Assembly: GCA_965224485.1 (NCBI GenBank)
Contig: CBDCZH010000018.1
Span: 43,603 to 107,602 of the forward strand
Length of the DNA: 64,000 nt
Reading direction: 5' to 3'
Source: Arcobacteraceae bacterium
Lineage (GTDB): Bacteria; Campylobacterota; Campylobacteria; Campylobacterales; Arcobacteraceae
Under the pieces are notes generated by a model, which saw nothing but the letters and a program-made list of their open reading frames with translations, ran no database searches and was not told where the DNA came from. Shown piece after piece: positions 10,155-19,357 of this stretch (its first letter is position 1; every line of letters starts with the position of its first letter). The position numbers were made by a program, and so were the translations under genes.

Positions 10155-12527
10155 CTAATATGTCCATTTAAGAGTCAAATATGCAGATCTTGGCGCTCCA
10201 TAAAAAGACTGATTCTTATAATATAAACTTGTTAGATACTTCTTGTTTGTAATATTATTAATATTTAACGTAGCTTCTAAGTTTTTGTTTATTTTATACT
10301 GAGTCATTAAATTAATTAAAGCATATGATTCTTGTCTAGTTATCGCATTTTGCCCTGTTTTTGCACCAACAGTAATTTTTCCTTGTTCTCTATAAATATC
10401 ATCTTGCCAATTAATACTTGCTCCTATTTTTAAGTTCTGCATTGATTGAAAAGTATATGTTGTAGCTAGTTTAATTGTTTGTTTAGGAATATATGTTCTT
10501 ATTTCATTCCCTTTTGTATCTTTTATTCTTAAGTTTGAATATGAAATAGAATTATTTAATCCAGTAATAAAACTTCCTGTAACTTCAGCAGTAAAACCAC
10601 TACTTGTAATACCATCATTAACACTATAATAATTACTTCCATCAGTTAATTTACCTTCATTTTGAGGTGCATTTTTTTGATTTATTCTAAATAGTGAAAA
10701 TGCAGAATGTAGCTTATTATCAAAGTATGAACCTTTTGTACCAATTTCATAATTGACTGATTCCGTAGGATTAAGTTGTTTTGAATTTTTATCAATTTTA
10801 GCTTGAGGAGTAAATGAATTAGTATAACTTCCATAAATCATATTATTATCATTTAAAGTATAAACTATACCTGCATATGGAGTTAAAATTGAGCTACTTT
10901 TTGAACTTTTTAAAGCCTTGTGTTCAATAACATTTTTTTCCCAAGTAGTTAGTCGTCCTCCTAGAATTAAAGATATATCATCACTTAAATGTATATTACT
11001 AGCTAGGTATATAGCTTTTTCTTTATCTATAAAATGAGCTATTTCTGGTTTATCAACTAAATTAGGATATGGTGTTTTCCCTTTCCATTTAGTAAAATCT
11101 CCAATAGAGGGAGATCCATTAATGCTATCATATAATGAAGTCTCATTAGTTTTTCTTTGAGCATATGATAAACCAATAATTGCTGAGTTCTCATATCCAA
11201 ATAATTCATATGGCCCTTTAGCATGAATATCAATACTTTTTTCATTTGTTTCTCCTTTTCTATAATTTGAAGCAAAACCAGTTAAACCAAGGTTCGTACC
11301 AGCTGTTGGAGTTTTATAAATATAGAATAAGTCTGAATCAAGTTTTGTTTTCTTTTTTGTTAAGGCAACATTTACTTGCCAATCATTATTAAAATCTTGA
11401 GATAAGGTAGAAAACAATTCTGTTTTAGTGATATCCCAATAAGACCAAGAAGCAGCTGTATTTGCACTTCTATCAAAGTTTGTTGCAGTTCCATTGGTAT
11501 AATACATCTGAAGTGCGCCCCACATGGGACTTTTAGGATTTTCATTGCTTCTTTTGTATCCAAATGTTAATAAAGTACTATCACTTAAATTAGCTTCAAA
11601 AATTGTATAAAACAAGTTATTATCAGTTTTATATCTATCAAGATATGATTCACTATTTTCCTTTGATACAATAGCTCTTGCTCTAAAAGTATTTGAAATT
11701 GAACCAGAAATGTCAGCAGAAATTTTTTTCTTATTTTCTGATCCTATTATTAAAGAAGTATTAGCTTGAAACTCTTTTGTTGGTTTTTTTCTTATCATAT
11801 TAATTGTAGCAGAAGGATCACCAGCCCCACTAGTAAGTCCAGAAGCTCCTCTAGTAATTTCAATATGATCATAAATAATAGTATCTTCATCTCCATAATT
11901 TCTAGCATCACTTAGAGGTAAGTTAATTCCATCAACTTGGAAATTTGATATATCAAATCCTCTTGAAGTATATTTAGTTCTTTCTGATTCACTATCCTCT
12001 ACTGTAATTCCAGGTGCAAATTCTAGAACTTCATTAATAGTATTTAATGCATAGTCTTTCATCTTTTGATTTGTAATAACAGATACTGTTTGAGGAGTTT
12101 CAAAAATAGATAAATCCATTTTTGTTGATGTACTCATAGAATTAATAGAATATGAGTTACTATTTTCACTTATATTATTTGATGTTCCAAGTACATCAAC
12201 CTCTCCTAAATTTGATGAGTCATTATTAGTTTTAACTTTCTTTTTTATAATAATGGTCTCATTTTTTATAATAGCTTCTAAATTTGTATTTTTCAATACT
12301 TCTTTTAGTGCATTTTGTACACCAGTTATATCTTGCAAAGTTGGTGCTTGTTTTCCTTTTATTAAACTTTCCTCTACGATATATGGAAGTTTAGCTTTTT
12401 TGGCTATAATTTCTAGTGCCTCTGTCAATGTATTAGCTTTAATTGTGTAGTTCTCTTGGGCAAAAAGATTAGTACTTAACAATAAAGCAAGACTAGGGGC
12501 TATTAATGAAGATTTTAATAAATTCAT
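10155..12527 (-). CDS. TonB-dependent siderophore receptor with N-terminal signalling (STN) domain, FhuE/FpvA-like
   Basis: STN extension, plug ETPQTVSVIT, SRGF, RGASGLTSGAGDPSATINMIRKKPT, terminal aromatic residue. Confidence 0.93.
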   Translation of the reverse strand: MNLLKSSLIAPSLALLLSTNLFAQENYTIKANTLTEALEIIAKKAKLPYIVEESLIKGKQAPTLQDITGVQNALKEVLKNTNLEAIIKNETIIIKKKVKTNNDSSNLGEVDVLGTSNNISENSNSYSINSMSTSTKMDLSIFETPQTVSVITNQKMKDYALNTINEVLEFAPGITVEDSESERTKYTSRGFDISNFQVDGINLPLSDARNYGDEDTIIYDHIEITRGASGLTSGAGDPSATINMIRKKPTKEFQANTSLIIGSENKKKISADISGSISNTFRARAIVSKENSESYLDRYKTDNNLFYTIFEANLSDSTLLTFGYKRSNENPKSPMWGALQMYYTNGTATNFDRSANTAASWSYWDITKTELFSTLSQDFNNDWQVNVALTKKKTKLDSDLFYIYKTPTAGTNLGLTGFASNYRKGETNEKSIDIHAKGPYELFGYENSAIIGLSYAQRKTNETSLYDSINGSPSIGDFTKWKGKTPYPNLVDKPEIAHFIDKEKAIYLASNIHLSDDISLILGGRLTTWEKNVIEHKALKSSKSSSILTPYAGIVYTLNDNNMIYGSYTNSFTPQAKIDKNSKQLNPTESVNYEIGTKGSYFDNKLHSAFSLFRINQKNAPQNEGKLTDGSNYYSVNDGITSSGFTAEVTGSFITGLNNSISYSNLRIKDTKGNEIRTYIPKQTIKLATTYTFQSMQNLKIGASINWQDDIYREQGKITVGAKTGQNAITRQESYALINLMTQYKINKNLEATLNINNITNKKYLTSLYYKNQSFYGAPRSAYLTLKWTY

Positions 12528-12550
12528 TTTTTTCCTTTGTTTTATGATTT

Positions 12551-12600
12551 TGAGAATTGTTATCTCTAGCTTATAACGGAATTATGAAAAAAAACGGACA
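12551..12600 (-). promoter_or_regulatory. Putative ECF-sigma promoter TGTCCG-N16-CGT followed by a Fur box
   Basis: CGGACA at 12595-12600 and ACG at 12576-12578 (plus strand); Fur-like TGAGAAT-T-GTTATCT at 12551-12565. Confidence 0.65.
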
Positions 12601-12639
12601 TTTAAATAAAAGAATTTTAATTTTTTTGTAAATTTATAT

Positions 12640-13602
12640 TTAAAGTAGGGGTAGAATTTTAATTATATCTTTGTGTCTTTGTATACGTAAGGGGTAGATT
12701 TCAGGCAAGGCTTTGATAAATTTATCTAATTCTTTAATAGAAAATACTCCAGAAATCTTAAATTGTGAAACTTTATAATTTTCTAAAATAATATTTGTAT
12801 TTGAATATCTTGCAAACTCTTTTAGAGCTTCTTTTAAACTAGTATTTTCAAACTTAATTAAATCATTTTTCCACTTTGCTATATCTTGTAATTTAATATC
12901 TTGAAGTGAAATATTTAAACCTAAGTTATTAAAAGAGAATGATTGACCTTTTTGAAGAATGATTAAATTTTTAAATTTCTGATTATACTTATAGGCAATT
13001 TTTACAAAACCTTCTATAACATTAATCTGTCGTAAGTTAGCTATATTTATGAGCTCAAACTTAGTTCCTAGTACCTCGATATTTGTATTTCCACTTCTTA
13101 TTATAAATGGTCTATTTTTGTCTTTTGCCACAGAAAATAAAGCCTTGCCAGAAGGAAAATTTATTAAGCGTTTGTTTTTATAATAGTTTACTTCAATACT
13201 TGAGTGTACATCTAAATCAATAAGAGTATTATCTGGTAAGGTAATATTAACTTTTTTTGTATTCGTAGTAAGATAGTTATTTGTGTAGATACTTTTAGTA
13301 TTTTCATAATAAAAATAAGTACAGAAACAAACAATAACAATACTTGCAGCAATAGGTGATAATATCTTTTTTTGTAAGAAATATCTTTTATCTTTTTTAA
13401 TAGAGTTTTGTATCTTAGTTTTATCTTCTTTTTTTAAGAATGTACATGAAGAGTGTAAGGTTTTATATTTATCATAAGCTTTTTTGTTATGAATATTACT
13501 TGAAAATTTTTCAAAAAGTACTTTTTCTTCTTTACTAAAACCTTCTTTTTCTCTCATAAGCCAAGAGAGTGCTTGCTCATTAATTTTATCATTAATATTC
13601 AT
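12640..13602 (-). CDS. fecR: FecR-family anti-sigma factor
   Basis: EQALSWL, one TM, LPDNTLIDLD, GKALFSVAKDKNRPF, VLGTKF. Confidence 0.92.
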   Translation of the reverse strand: MNINDKINEQALSWLMREKEGFSKEEKVLFEKFSSNIHNKKAYDKYKTLHSSCTFLKKEDKTKIQNSIKKDKRYFLQKKILSPIAASIVIVCFCTYFYYENTKSIYTNNYLTTNTKKVNITLPDNTLIDLDVHSSIEVNYYKNKRLINFPSGKALFSVAKDKNRPFIIRSGNTNIEVLGTKFELINIANLRQINVIEGFVKIAYKYNQKFKNLIILQKGQSFSFNNLGLNISLQDIKLQDIAKWKNDLIKFENTSLKEALKEFARYSNTNIILENYKVSQFKISGVFSIKELDKFIKALPEIYPLRIQRHKDIIKILPLL

Positions 13603-14077
13603 CTCTAAAACCACCTTTTTCTAGTTCTTCTTGTACTTTTATACTTGCTCTTTGAATATTCTTTTCAACCGCGCTTATTCCAATATTCATTTTTACTGCA
13701 ATCTCTTTTCTTGAATATCCTTCAATAACATACAAATAAAAAGCTTCTTTGTTTTTAGGGCTTAAGGTGTTAATGCATTGTAATAATAAGGTATTTTTGT
13801 CTTTTTTTTCTATAATTTCTTCTGTTTGTAAAGAAGGTGATATTTCATAGTTTTCTTCTGTATAGATAATTTCTTGAACATTCTTCTTTTTTCTTGATTC
13901 ATCAAAAACCAAGTGTTTTGCAATTTTATATAAATAAGCTCTTTTATTTTCAACTTTCTCATGAACTTTTAAGTGTAGTGCTTTGGCATAAGTTTCTTGA
14001 GTTAAGTCTTGTGCTAAATGTTTATCTCCACTTAGTCGTTGTACATAATTTAATATTTCATTATAAAACTCTATCAT
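13592..14077 (-). CDS. fecI: FecI-like ECF sigma factor
   Basis: AQDLTQETY, RAYLYKIA, EGYSRKEIA; coupled to fecR. Confidence 0.9.
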   Translation of the reverse strand: MIEFYNEILNYVQRLSGDKHLAQDLTQETYAKALHLKVHEKVENKRAYLYKIAKHLVFDESRKKKNVQEIIYTEENYEISPSLQTEEIIEKKDKNTLLLQCINTLSPKNKEAFYLYVIEGYSRKEIAVKMNIGISAVEKNIQRASIKVQEELEKGGFRDEY

Positions 14078-14103
14078 CTAAAAAAGAAATCCTTTTAAGT
14101 AAT

Positions 14104-14118
14104 TGAGAAATGTTATCA
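14104..14118. promoter_or_regulatory. Fur-box-like site upstream of fecI
   Basis: TGAGAAA-T-GTTATCA followed by TAATCATTCT. Confidence 0.55.
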
Positions 14119-14251
14119 TAATCATTCTTATAATATAAAAATATATATCATTAATTATATTCTATAAGAAAGATTGTAGATGACTTAATATTTTACTATT
14201 GCCTTATCTTAATTAACCTTATTTAAAAAAATTTTCTTACTTTTTTAAACT

Positions 14252-14398
14252 TCAATTATCTTTATCCTTGTTTCTCTTATCTTTTTTACTTGCACAAGCA
14301 CAAGATCCACAAGAGTTTTTTTTAAATAAAGTCTTATAAATATAATAAAGTGCAAAAGAAAAAATTATTGCAGTAAAAGCTAATTCTTCATTTGTCAT
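14252..14398 (-). CDS. FeoB-associated Cys-rich small membrane protein (48 aa, not in ORF track)
   Basis: Hand translation MTNEELAFTAIIFSFALYYIYKTLFKKNSCGSCACASKKDKRNKDKDN*; ATGA overlap with the upstream gene. Confidence 0.8.
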   Translation of the reverse strand: MTNEELAFTAIIFSFALYYIYKTLFKKNSCGSCACASKKDKRNKDKDN

Positions 14399-14694
14399 TC
14401 AACTATGTCCTCCCCTTTTATTGTAACTAAATGACCTTTTCCTGCATCAAAAGAGACGCTATAAGCTGCTATTGGTTTATTAAAAGTAAATTCACTATCT
14501 TCATTCATAATACTGTCAATAACTTTTCTAGTATTTTGTGTTATATAAATATTAACTCCACTACCACTAGCCCCAGATGAAAAACCACCCTCGCAAGTAA
14601 TAGTATTATCTCCATTGTCAAAACAAGTCATAATTGCTGTATGTGCTTGTGCACTTATTAGTAAAACGCTTGTTAGTAAAAATTTTTTAATCAT
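14395..14694 (-). CDS. Small secreted protein in the feo operon
   Basis: Signal peptide ending AQA-H, C-x8-CEGGFS, FDAGKGH; overlaps the feoB stop. Confidence 0.7.
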   Translation of the reverse strand: MIKKFLLTSVLLISAQAHTAIMTCFDNGDNTITCEGGFSSGASGSGVNIYITQNTRKVIDSIMNEDSEFTFNKPIAAYSVSFDAGKGHLVTIKGEDIVE

Positions 14695-17134
14695 AAATTT
14701 CCTTCTTATTATTTGGTATTAAACTTAGAGCTATGGTAATTATTATTACAAATATATAAAAATAAACCATTGCACTAACCCCACTTAATTGAAAATAATT
14801 TCCTAGTTGAAAAACTCCTATAGAAAAAAATAAGCCTAAAAACATTGGGTAAATAATAGCAAAAATCATCCACTTATAAGAATTACTTTGAACTTTTATC
14901 ATTATCATTGTAGCAATACAAGGAGGAGTTAAAGCCATAAAAATTATAATAGCAACAGCTCCTAATTGACTATAAGCATTTGAGCTTTTAATAGAATTTG
15001 CATCTGTGTCTTTATTGCTTTCGTAAATTGCTCCAATAGTTGATACAGAACTTTCTCTTGCCGCAAATGAAGATAAAAATGCTACATTTATTTTCCAGTC
15101 AAAACCAGCATATTTCGTAACAGGAACAAAAAACTTACCCATAGCACCTAAAGCTGAGTTTTCAACTTTTTCATTTTTTATTTCACGAAAAAGTCTTTTT
15201 CTTATTTTTAAGAGTTTCTTCAATGCGTTGTTTATTTTTCTTGCTTCTTTATTTCTTTTAGGTTTGACAAAGGTAAAAAATACTGCATTTTTATTTTTAT
15301 AATATGCATCAATCTTTAAAGCTGTAGTTTTACTTTTAGTATTCATTTTTTCTTTTTTATAAGATGAATAATAATTTATTAAAGCTTTTAATTCTTCTTC
15401 TTCATTTACATACTTAGAGTATTTATTATTATTTGTTTTTTTATAAAAAGTTTCTTCCATAAGAGTAGCTTTATTATCAAAATGGATTTTTTTCTCTTTA
15501 GATATTCCAGGAAATTGAATAAGTACAAATAATACTACTGCAACAGCTGCAACTATAGTTACAATCTTTTTTAAATATAAATAAATTCTATCAAATACTT
15601 TTCCTAAAAGACCTCTTAGTGTTGGTAAATGATAAGAAGGAAGTTCCATTATAAAAGGTGTGCTTTCATGTGCTCGTAATACAGTTAGAGTTAAAAGTTT
15701 TGAAACAATTAGAGCTATAAAAATAGTAATAGTTGAAATTAAGAACATCATTAAAGCTAAGTTTTCTTTAAAGAAAGCAACTAAGATTAGAGTAAAAAAA
15801 GGAATTTTAGCTAAACAGTTCATCAAAGGAACGGTTAGCATTGTAGCCATTTGTGCTTTTTTATCATTCATTCCTTTTGTTGCCATAACTCCAGGAACTG
15901 CACAACCTCCTGCAAAAATACCACCTAAAACTAGAGGAAGAGTTGATTCTCCATGCAAACCAAAACGTACAAAAATTCTATCTAAAATAAAAGCCATTCT
16001 TGGCATATATCCTATGTTTTCAAGTAAAGCAATTAAAAAGAATAATATGAAAAATATAGGTAAATAATTTAAAAGAGCATTAACACTATTTATCATCCAT
16101 AGAGCAAACTGAGTAATATAAGGAATACTAGCAATGTTTTCATTAGGAAAAAATGAAATAAGTGAATTCTTAATCCAGGCTAAAATAGGCCAGGTATAGT
16201 TTGTAAGTTCATAACCATATACTATGGATAATTGGTATAAAGTATAAATAATAAGAGCTAAAATTGGAAGAGCTAGGTATTTATTTAATACAATATTATC
16301 AATTTTATCACTTATTGTTTTTTCTTTTGTTTTATTTTGAATAACACAAGCACTTACGAACTCATCAGCTTTTTCATAGCGAATTTTAACTATATATGAA
16401 TGAGCAGTTATATTATATCTTTCTTTAAAACCTTTTTGGTATTCAAGAATTTTTGATAAAATCAAAGCAGAATTAGCTGATTTTTCTTTTATTATTTTTA
16501 TAATTTCTGTATCATTTTCAAAGAGTTTTACAGCTAAATAGTGTTTTGAAACATCTAAAGATTCTATATGTATTAAATCTTTAATTTTATTTATATACTT
16601 TTGTAAGTTTTTATAATCAATAATATTTGAAATATATAAATTTTTATTATCTTTTACTTCATGAATAGCATCTTTTAGTGAGCTAAGACCCTCTTTTTTA
16701 CTAGCAATTGTTTTAACTATTTTTGCTTTAGTTAAAGTTTCTAGTTTTTTAAAATCAAATTTATAGCCATTTGTTTTTGCTACATCTAACATATTAAAAG
16801 CAAAAACTATAGGTTTTTGCATATCAAATAACTGCATACTTAAATAAAGGTTTCTTTTTATATTTGATGAATCTATAGTATTTACAATAATATGCGTATT
16901 TTCATTTAAAATATAATCTCTTGTGATTTTCTCTTCACTTGAAAAAGAGGAAAAAGAGTATGTTCCTGGTAAGTCAATTACATTTATTTTTTCATTTTTA
17001 TGGGAATAAACACCACTCTTTTTATCAATTGTAACACCTGGATAATTTGCAATTTGCTGTTTTATATTTGTAAGCATATTAAATATACTAGATTTTCCAC
17101 AATTAGGTTGTCCTACAAGTGCAATATTATGCAT
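14687..17134 (-). CDS. feoB: Ferrous iron transporter B
   Basis: GQPNCGKS, NYPGVT, DLPGTYS, NMLD, GYMPRMA, FIMELPSY, PPC. Confidence 0.97.
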   Translation of the reverse strand: MHNIALVGQPNCGKSSIFNMLTNIKQQIANYPGVTIDKKSGVYSHKNEKINVIDLPGTYSFSSFSSEEKITRDYILNENTHIIVNTIDSSNIKRNLYLSMQLFDMQKPIVFAFNMLDVAKTNGYKFDFKKLETLTKAKIVKTIASKKEGLSSLKDAIHEVKDNKNLYISNIIDYKNLQKYINKIKDLIHIESLDVSKHYLAVKLFENDTEIIKIIKEKSANSALILSKILEYQKGFKERYNITAHSYIVKIRYEKADEFVSACVIQNKTKEKTISDKIDNIVLNKYLALPILALIIYTLYQLSIVYGYELTNYTWPILAWIKNSLISFFPNENIASIPYITQFALWMINSVNALLNYLPIFFILFFLIALLENIGYMPRMAFILDRIFVRFGLHGESTLPLVLGGIFAGGCAVPGVMATKGMNDKKAQMATMLTVPLMNCLAKIPFFTLILVAFFKENLALMMFLISTITIFIALIVSKLLTLTVLRAHESTPFIMELPSYHLPTLRGLLGKVFDRIYLYLKKIVTIVAAVAVVLFVLIQFPGISKEKKIHFDNKATLMEETFYKKTNNNKYSKYVNEEEELKALINYYSSYKKEKMNTKSKTTALKIDAYYKNKNAVFFTFVKPKRNKEARKINNALKKLLKIRKRLFREIKNEKVENSALGAMGKFFVPVTKYAGFDWKINVAFLSSFAARESSVSTIGAIYESNKDTDANSIKSSNAYSQLGAVAIIIFMALTPPCIATMIMIKVQSNSYKWMIFAIIYPMFLGLFFSIGVFQLGNYFQLSGVSAMVYFYIFVIIITIALSLIPNNKKEIYD

Positions 17135-17351
17135 AAATAACTTCTATATATCTTGATTCTTGAACTCTAAGAGTGATGTTATAAGATAATATTTCTACTT
17201 CAATAGGATCTTGCAAGGGTGATCTTCTTATTAGTTTAAGTTTATTGCCTTCAATAAATCCCATATCATATAGTTTTTGTAAAAGTTTAGAACTAGCTGT
17301 AATTTTACTAATTACAGCTGTTTTATTAAGTTCTATTTGATTTAATGTCAT
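17127..17351 (-). CDS. feoA: Ferrous iron transport protein A
   Basis: KLYDMGF, SPLQDPIEV; directly upstream of feoB. Confidence 0.95.
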   Translation of the reverse strand: MTLNQIELNKTAVISKITASSKLLQKLYDMGFIEGNKLKLIRRSPLQDPIEVEILSYNITLRVQESRYIEVIYA

Positions 17352-17394
17352 TTTTTCCTCTTTATCTCTTTATCATAAATCAATCTCTACTTCT

Positions 17395-18936
17395 TTATTC
17401 TTCAAAAAAGTCTTTTTTAATTTTAAAAGCTAAGTAAATAAATAAAAGACCTATTATAATAAGCGCTAGGTCTGTATAGAAAACTTCCCATATCTCTAAG
17501 TCATAAGTTCTGCTCATTGTAAAACCAGAAAAATAATTATGATTTATACTTGCTAGTATAAATAAAATACCTGATGAAATAAAGGTATATTTACTTAAGT
17601 TATAAAAAGATTTATTTAGTAATATATAAATTAATATAAAAAGAAATACCAAATAAAATAGTATCTCATGGGAATAATAAAGTGTTTCTTTATATGTAAA
17701 ATACAAATATGATTTCGGAATTAACCAAGATGTAAAAAATAATAGTGATGTACTTAAAATTGAACCCATAATAATTGTAAAAATTAAAGGTTTAATAACT
17801 TTTGTTGAAAATGCATCTTTGGCAGCTCTTTTCATCCATAATAAGGCAGAAAAAATTAAACCAAATAAAATTCCAATAGATAAAAAAGCAAAAATAATTC
17901 TAGGTATATCTTCAAATGTTCTTAGATAATGCAAGTAAAATAGGGCATCTAATGTTTTTTCTGTAAAAGTACCATCTTTTGCTGTTTTTTTATCAAGTAC
18001 TTTTCCTGTATTTGCATTTAATACTATATATGTTTCATTTGTCATTGAAGATATAAAAATATTTCTAGGTTCAAATCCAATAAATTTTACACGTGCATTA
18101 ATATCATTATAATTATAAACTTGCATTTCATAAAAACTTATATTTTCAAACTCTTCTTTAGCTTTTACATATAAAGTATTTAAATTTATAGATTTAACTT
18201 CTTTAGTACTTTTTATCTTTTTTAAATCTAAGTCTTGAAGAATATTCTTATCTAAGGCTAAAATATTCATAGTCTCACCCTTAGATAAATAATTAGTAAT
18301 AAGAGGGGAGCTATATACTCCTAAATTAAACAAAGCGCCAGTAAGACCAAACATAAATACTAAAGGAAGAGAATAAAGGAGTATTAATCTATGATATTTA
18401 GCTAAAAAGGCCTTAGCTGTTTTAGTTTTAGTGTTTCTATATGAATTTTTTATAATTAAGAATATTCCTGATAAACATAAAAATACAATAGCAACAGAAG
18501 CAAAACCAAACAATATTCTAATAAGTAGTGAGTTAAATATCCATCCTCTATGAATACTATCAAAGAATTTTGAGATTCTAAAAGATTTGATTCTTATTTT
18601 CTTACAACTATTAGGGTTTAGGAAAAAATTTGGTCTATTTTTAACTTGTATTAAATTAGTTGAACTAATTTCTTTTGATGGAAAATACAATTTAATTACA
18701 TCATTTGATAGTTTTTTTCCATTTTCACCAAAATAAGTTCTTTTAATAATTTGTTTAAAACACTTATTTAAATTAATATCTTCAATATTAACTTCTTTAA
18801 TATGCATTTTTTTATCTTCCCAAATATTAATATAAGGTTGAAATATTGTCAAAATACCAAAAAATAAAGAGATAAAAAAGAATAAAATAACATTTATTCC
18901 TATCAACTTGTGAATATTAAATAATTTCTTTTTCAT
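17395..18936 (-). CDS. PepSY-associated TM helix protein
   Basis: LFNIHKLIG, IHRG, YHRL, GLTGA, YLHY; likely start MKKKL at 18936. Confidence 0.85.
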   Translation of the reverse strand: MKKKLFNIHKLIGINVILFFFISLFFGILTIFQPYINIWEDKKMHIKEVNIEDINLNKCFKQIIKRTYFGENGKKLSNDVIKLYFPSKEISSTNLIQVKNRPNFFLNPNSCKKIRIKSFRISKFFDSIHRGWIFNSLLIRILFGFASVAIVFLCLSGIFLIIKNSYRNTKTKTAKAFLAKYHRLILLYSLPLVFMFGLTGALFNLGVYSSPLITNYLSKGETMNILALDKNILQDLDLKKIKSTKEVKSINLNTLYVKAKEEFENISFYEMQVYNYNDINARVKFIGFEPRNIFISSMTNETYIVLNANTGKVLDKKTAKDGTFTEKTLDALFYLHYLRTFEDIPRIIFAFLSIGILFGLIFSALLWMKRAAKDAFSTKVIKPLIFTIIMGSILSTSLLFFTSWLIPKSYLYFTYKETLYYSHEILFYLVFLFILIYILLNKSFYNLSKYTFISSGILFILASINHNYFSGFTMSRTYDLEIWEVFYTDLALIIIGLLFIYLAFKIKKDFFEE

Positions 18937-18938
18937 TT

Positions 18939-19232
18939 TTATCCTAAAAATTGTATAAATGAGAATAGAATTATAAAAGGAATAATAAATTTTATAATTG
19001 CAGTGATTTTCTTTTCTGACATAATAATCCATAAGGCAAAAGCAGACCAAAGTATTGGAAGTATAATAATAACAAGTACGATATTTTCAAATATTGAAAA
19101 AAGTAAAAAATATGATATTAGGCATATAAGAGTATAAGCATTAATAAGACCACCTAAAAAAGCGCATAAAAATCTTATACTTCCTATGTTAGCATTTTTG
19201 TCTTTTTCTAAAAGTGATTTTCTAAAATTCAA
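18939..19232 (-). CDS. Small 3-TM iron-uptake-associated membrane protein
   Basis: RFLCAFLGGL, three hydrophobic helices, located between receptor and PepSY gene (DUF3649-like context). Confidence 0.6.
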   Translation of the reverse strand: MNFRKSLLEKDKNANIGSIRFLCAFLGGLINAYTLICLISYFLLFSIFENIVLVIIILPILWSAFALWIIMSEKKITAIIKFIIPFIILFSFIQFLG

Positions 19233-19271
19233 TTTTTCCCTTTTCTTTTCTTCTTTTAGTAATAATTATTT

Positions 19272-19332
19272 TGATAATGATAATCGAATACTTATGAATA
19301 AGTTCTTAAATAAATACCTCTCATGACAAGCA
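19272..19332 (-). promoter_or_regulatory. Promoter with TGCTTGTCATG motif and Fur box
   Basis: Fur-like TGATAAT-G-ATAATCG at 19272-19286; GACAAGCA begins at 19325 (38 nt gap). Confidence 0.6.
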
Positions 19333-19347
19333 TGAAAGATATTTATT
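19309..19347 (-). terminator. Hairpin downstream of the TonB-dependent receptor
   Basis: 17 bp stem AATAAATATCTTTCATG / CATGAGAGGTATTTATT with 2 G-U pairs, loop CTTGT. Confidence 0.6.
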
Positions 19348-19357
19348 AAATAAATTC

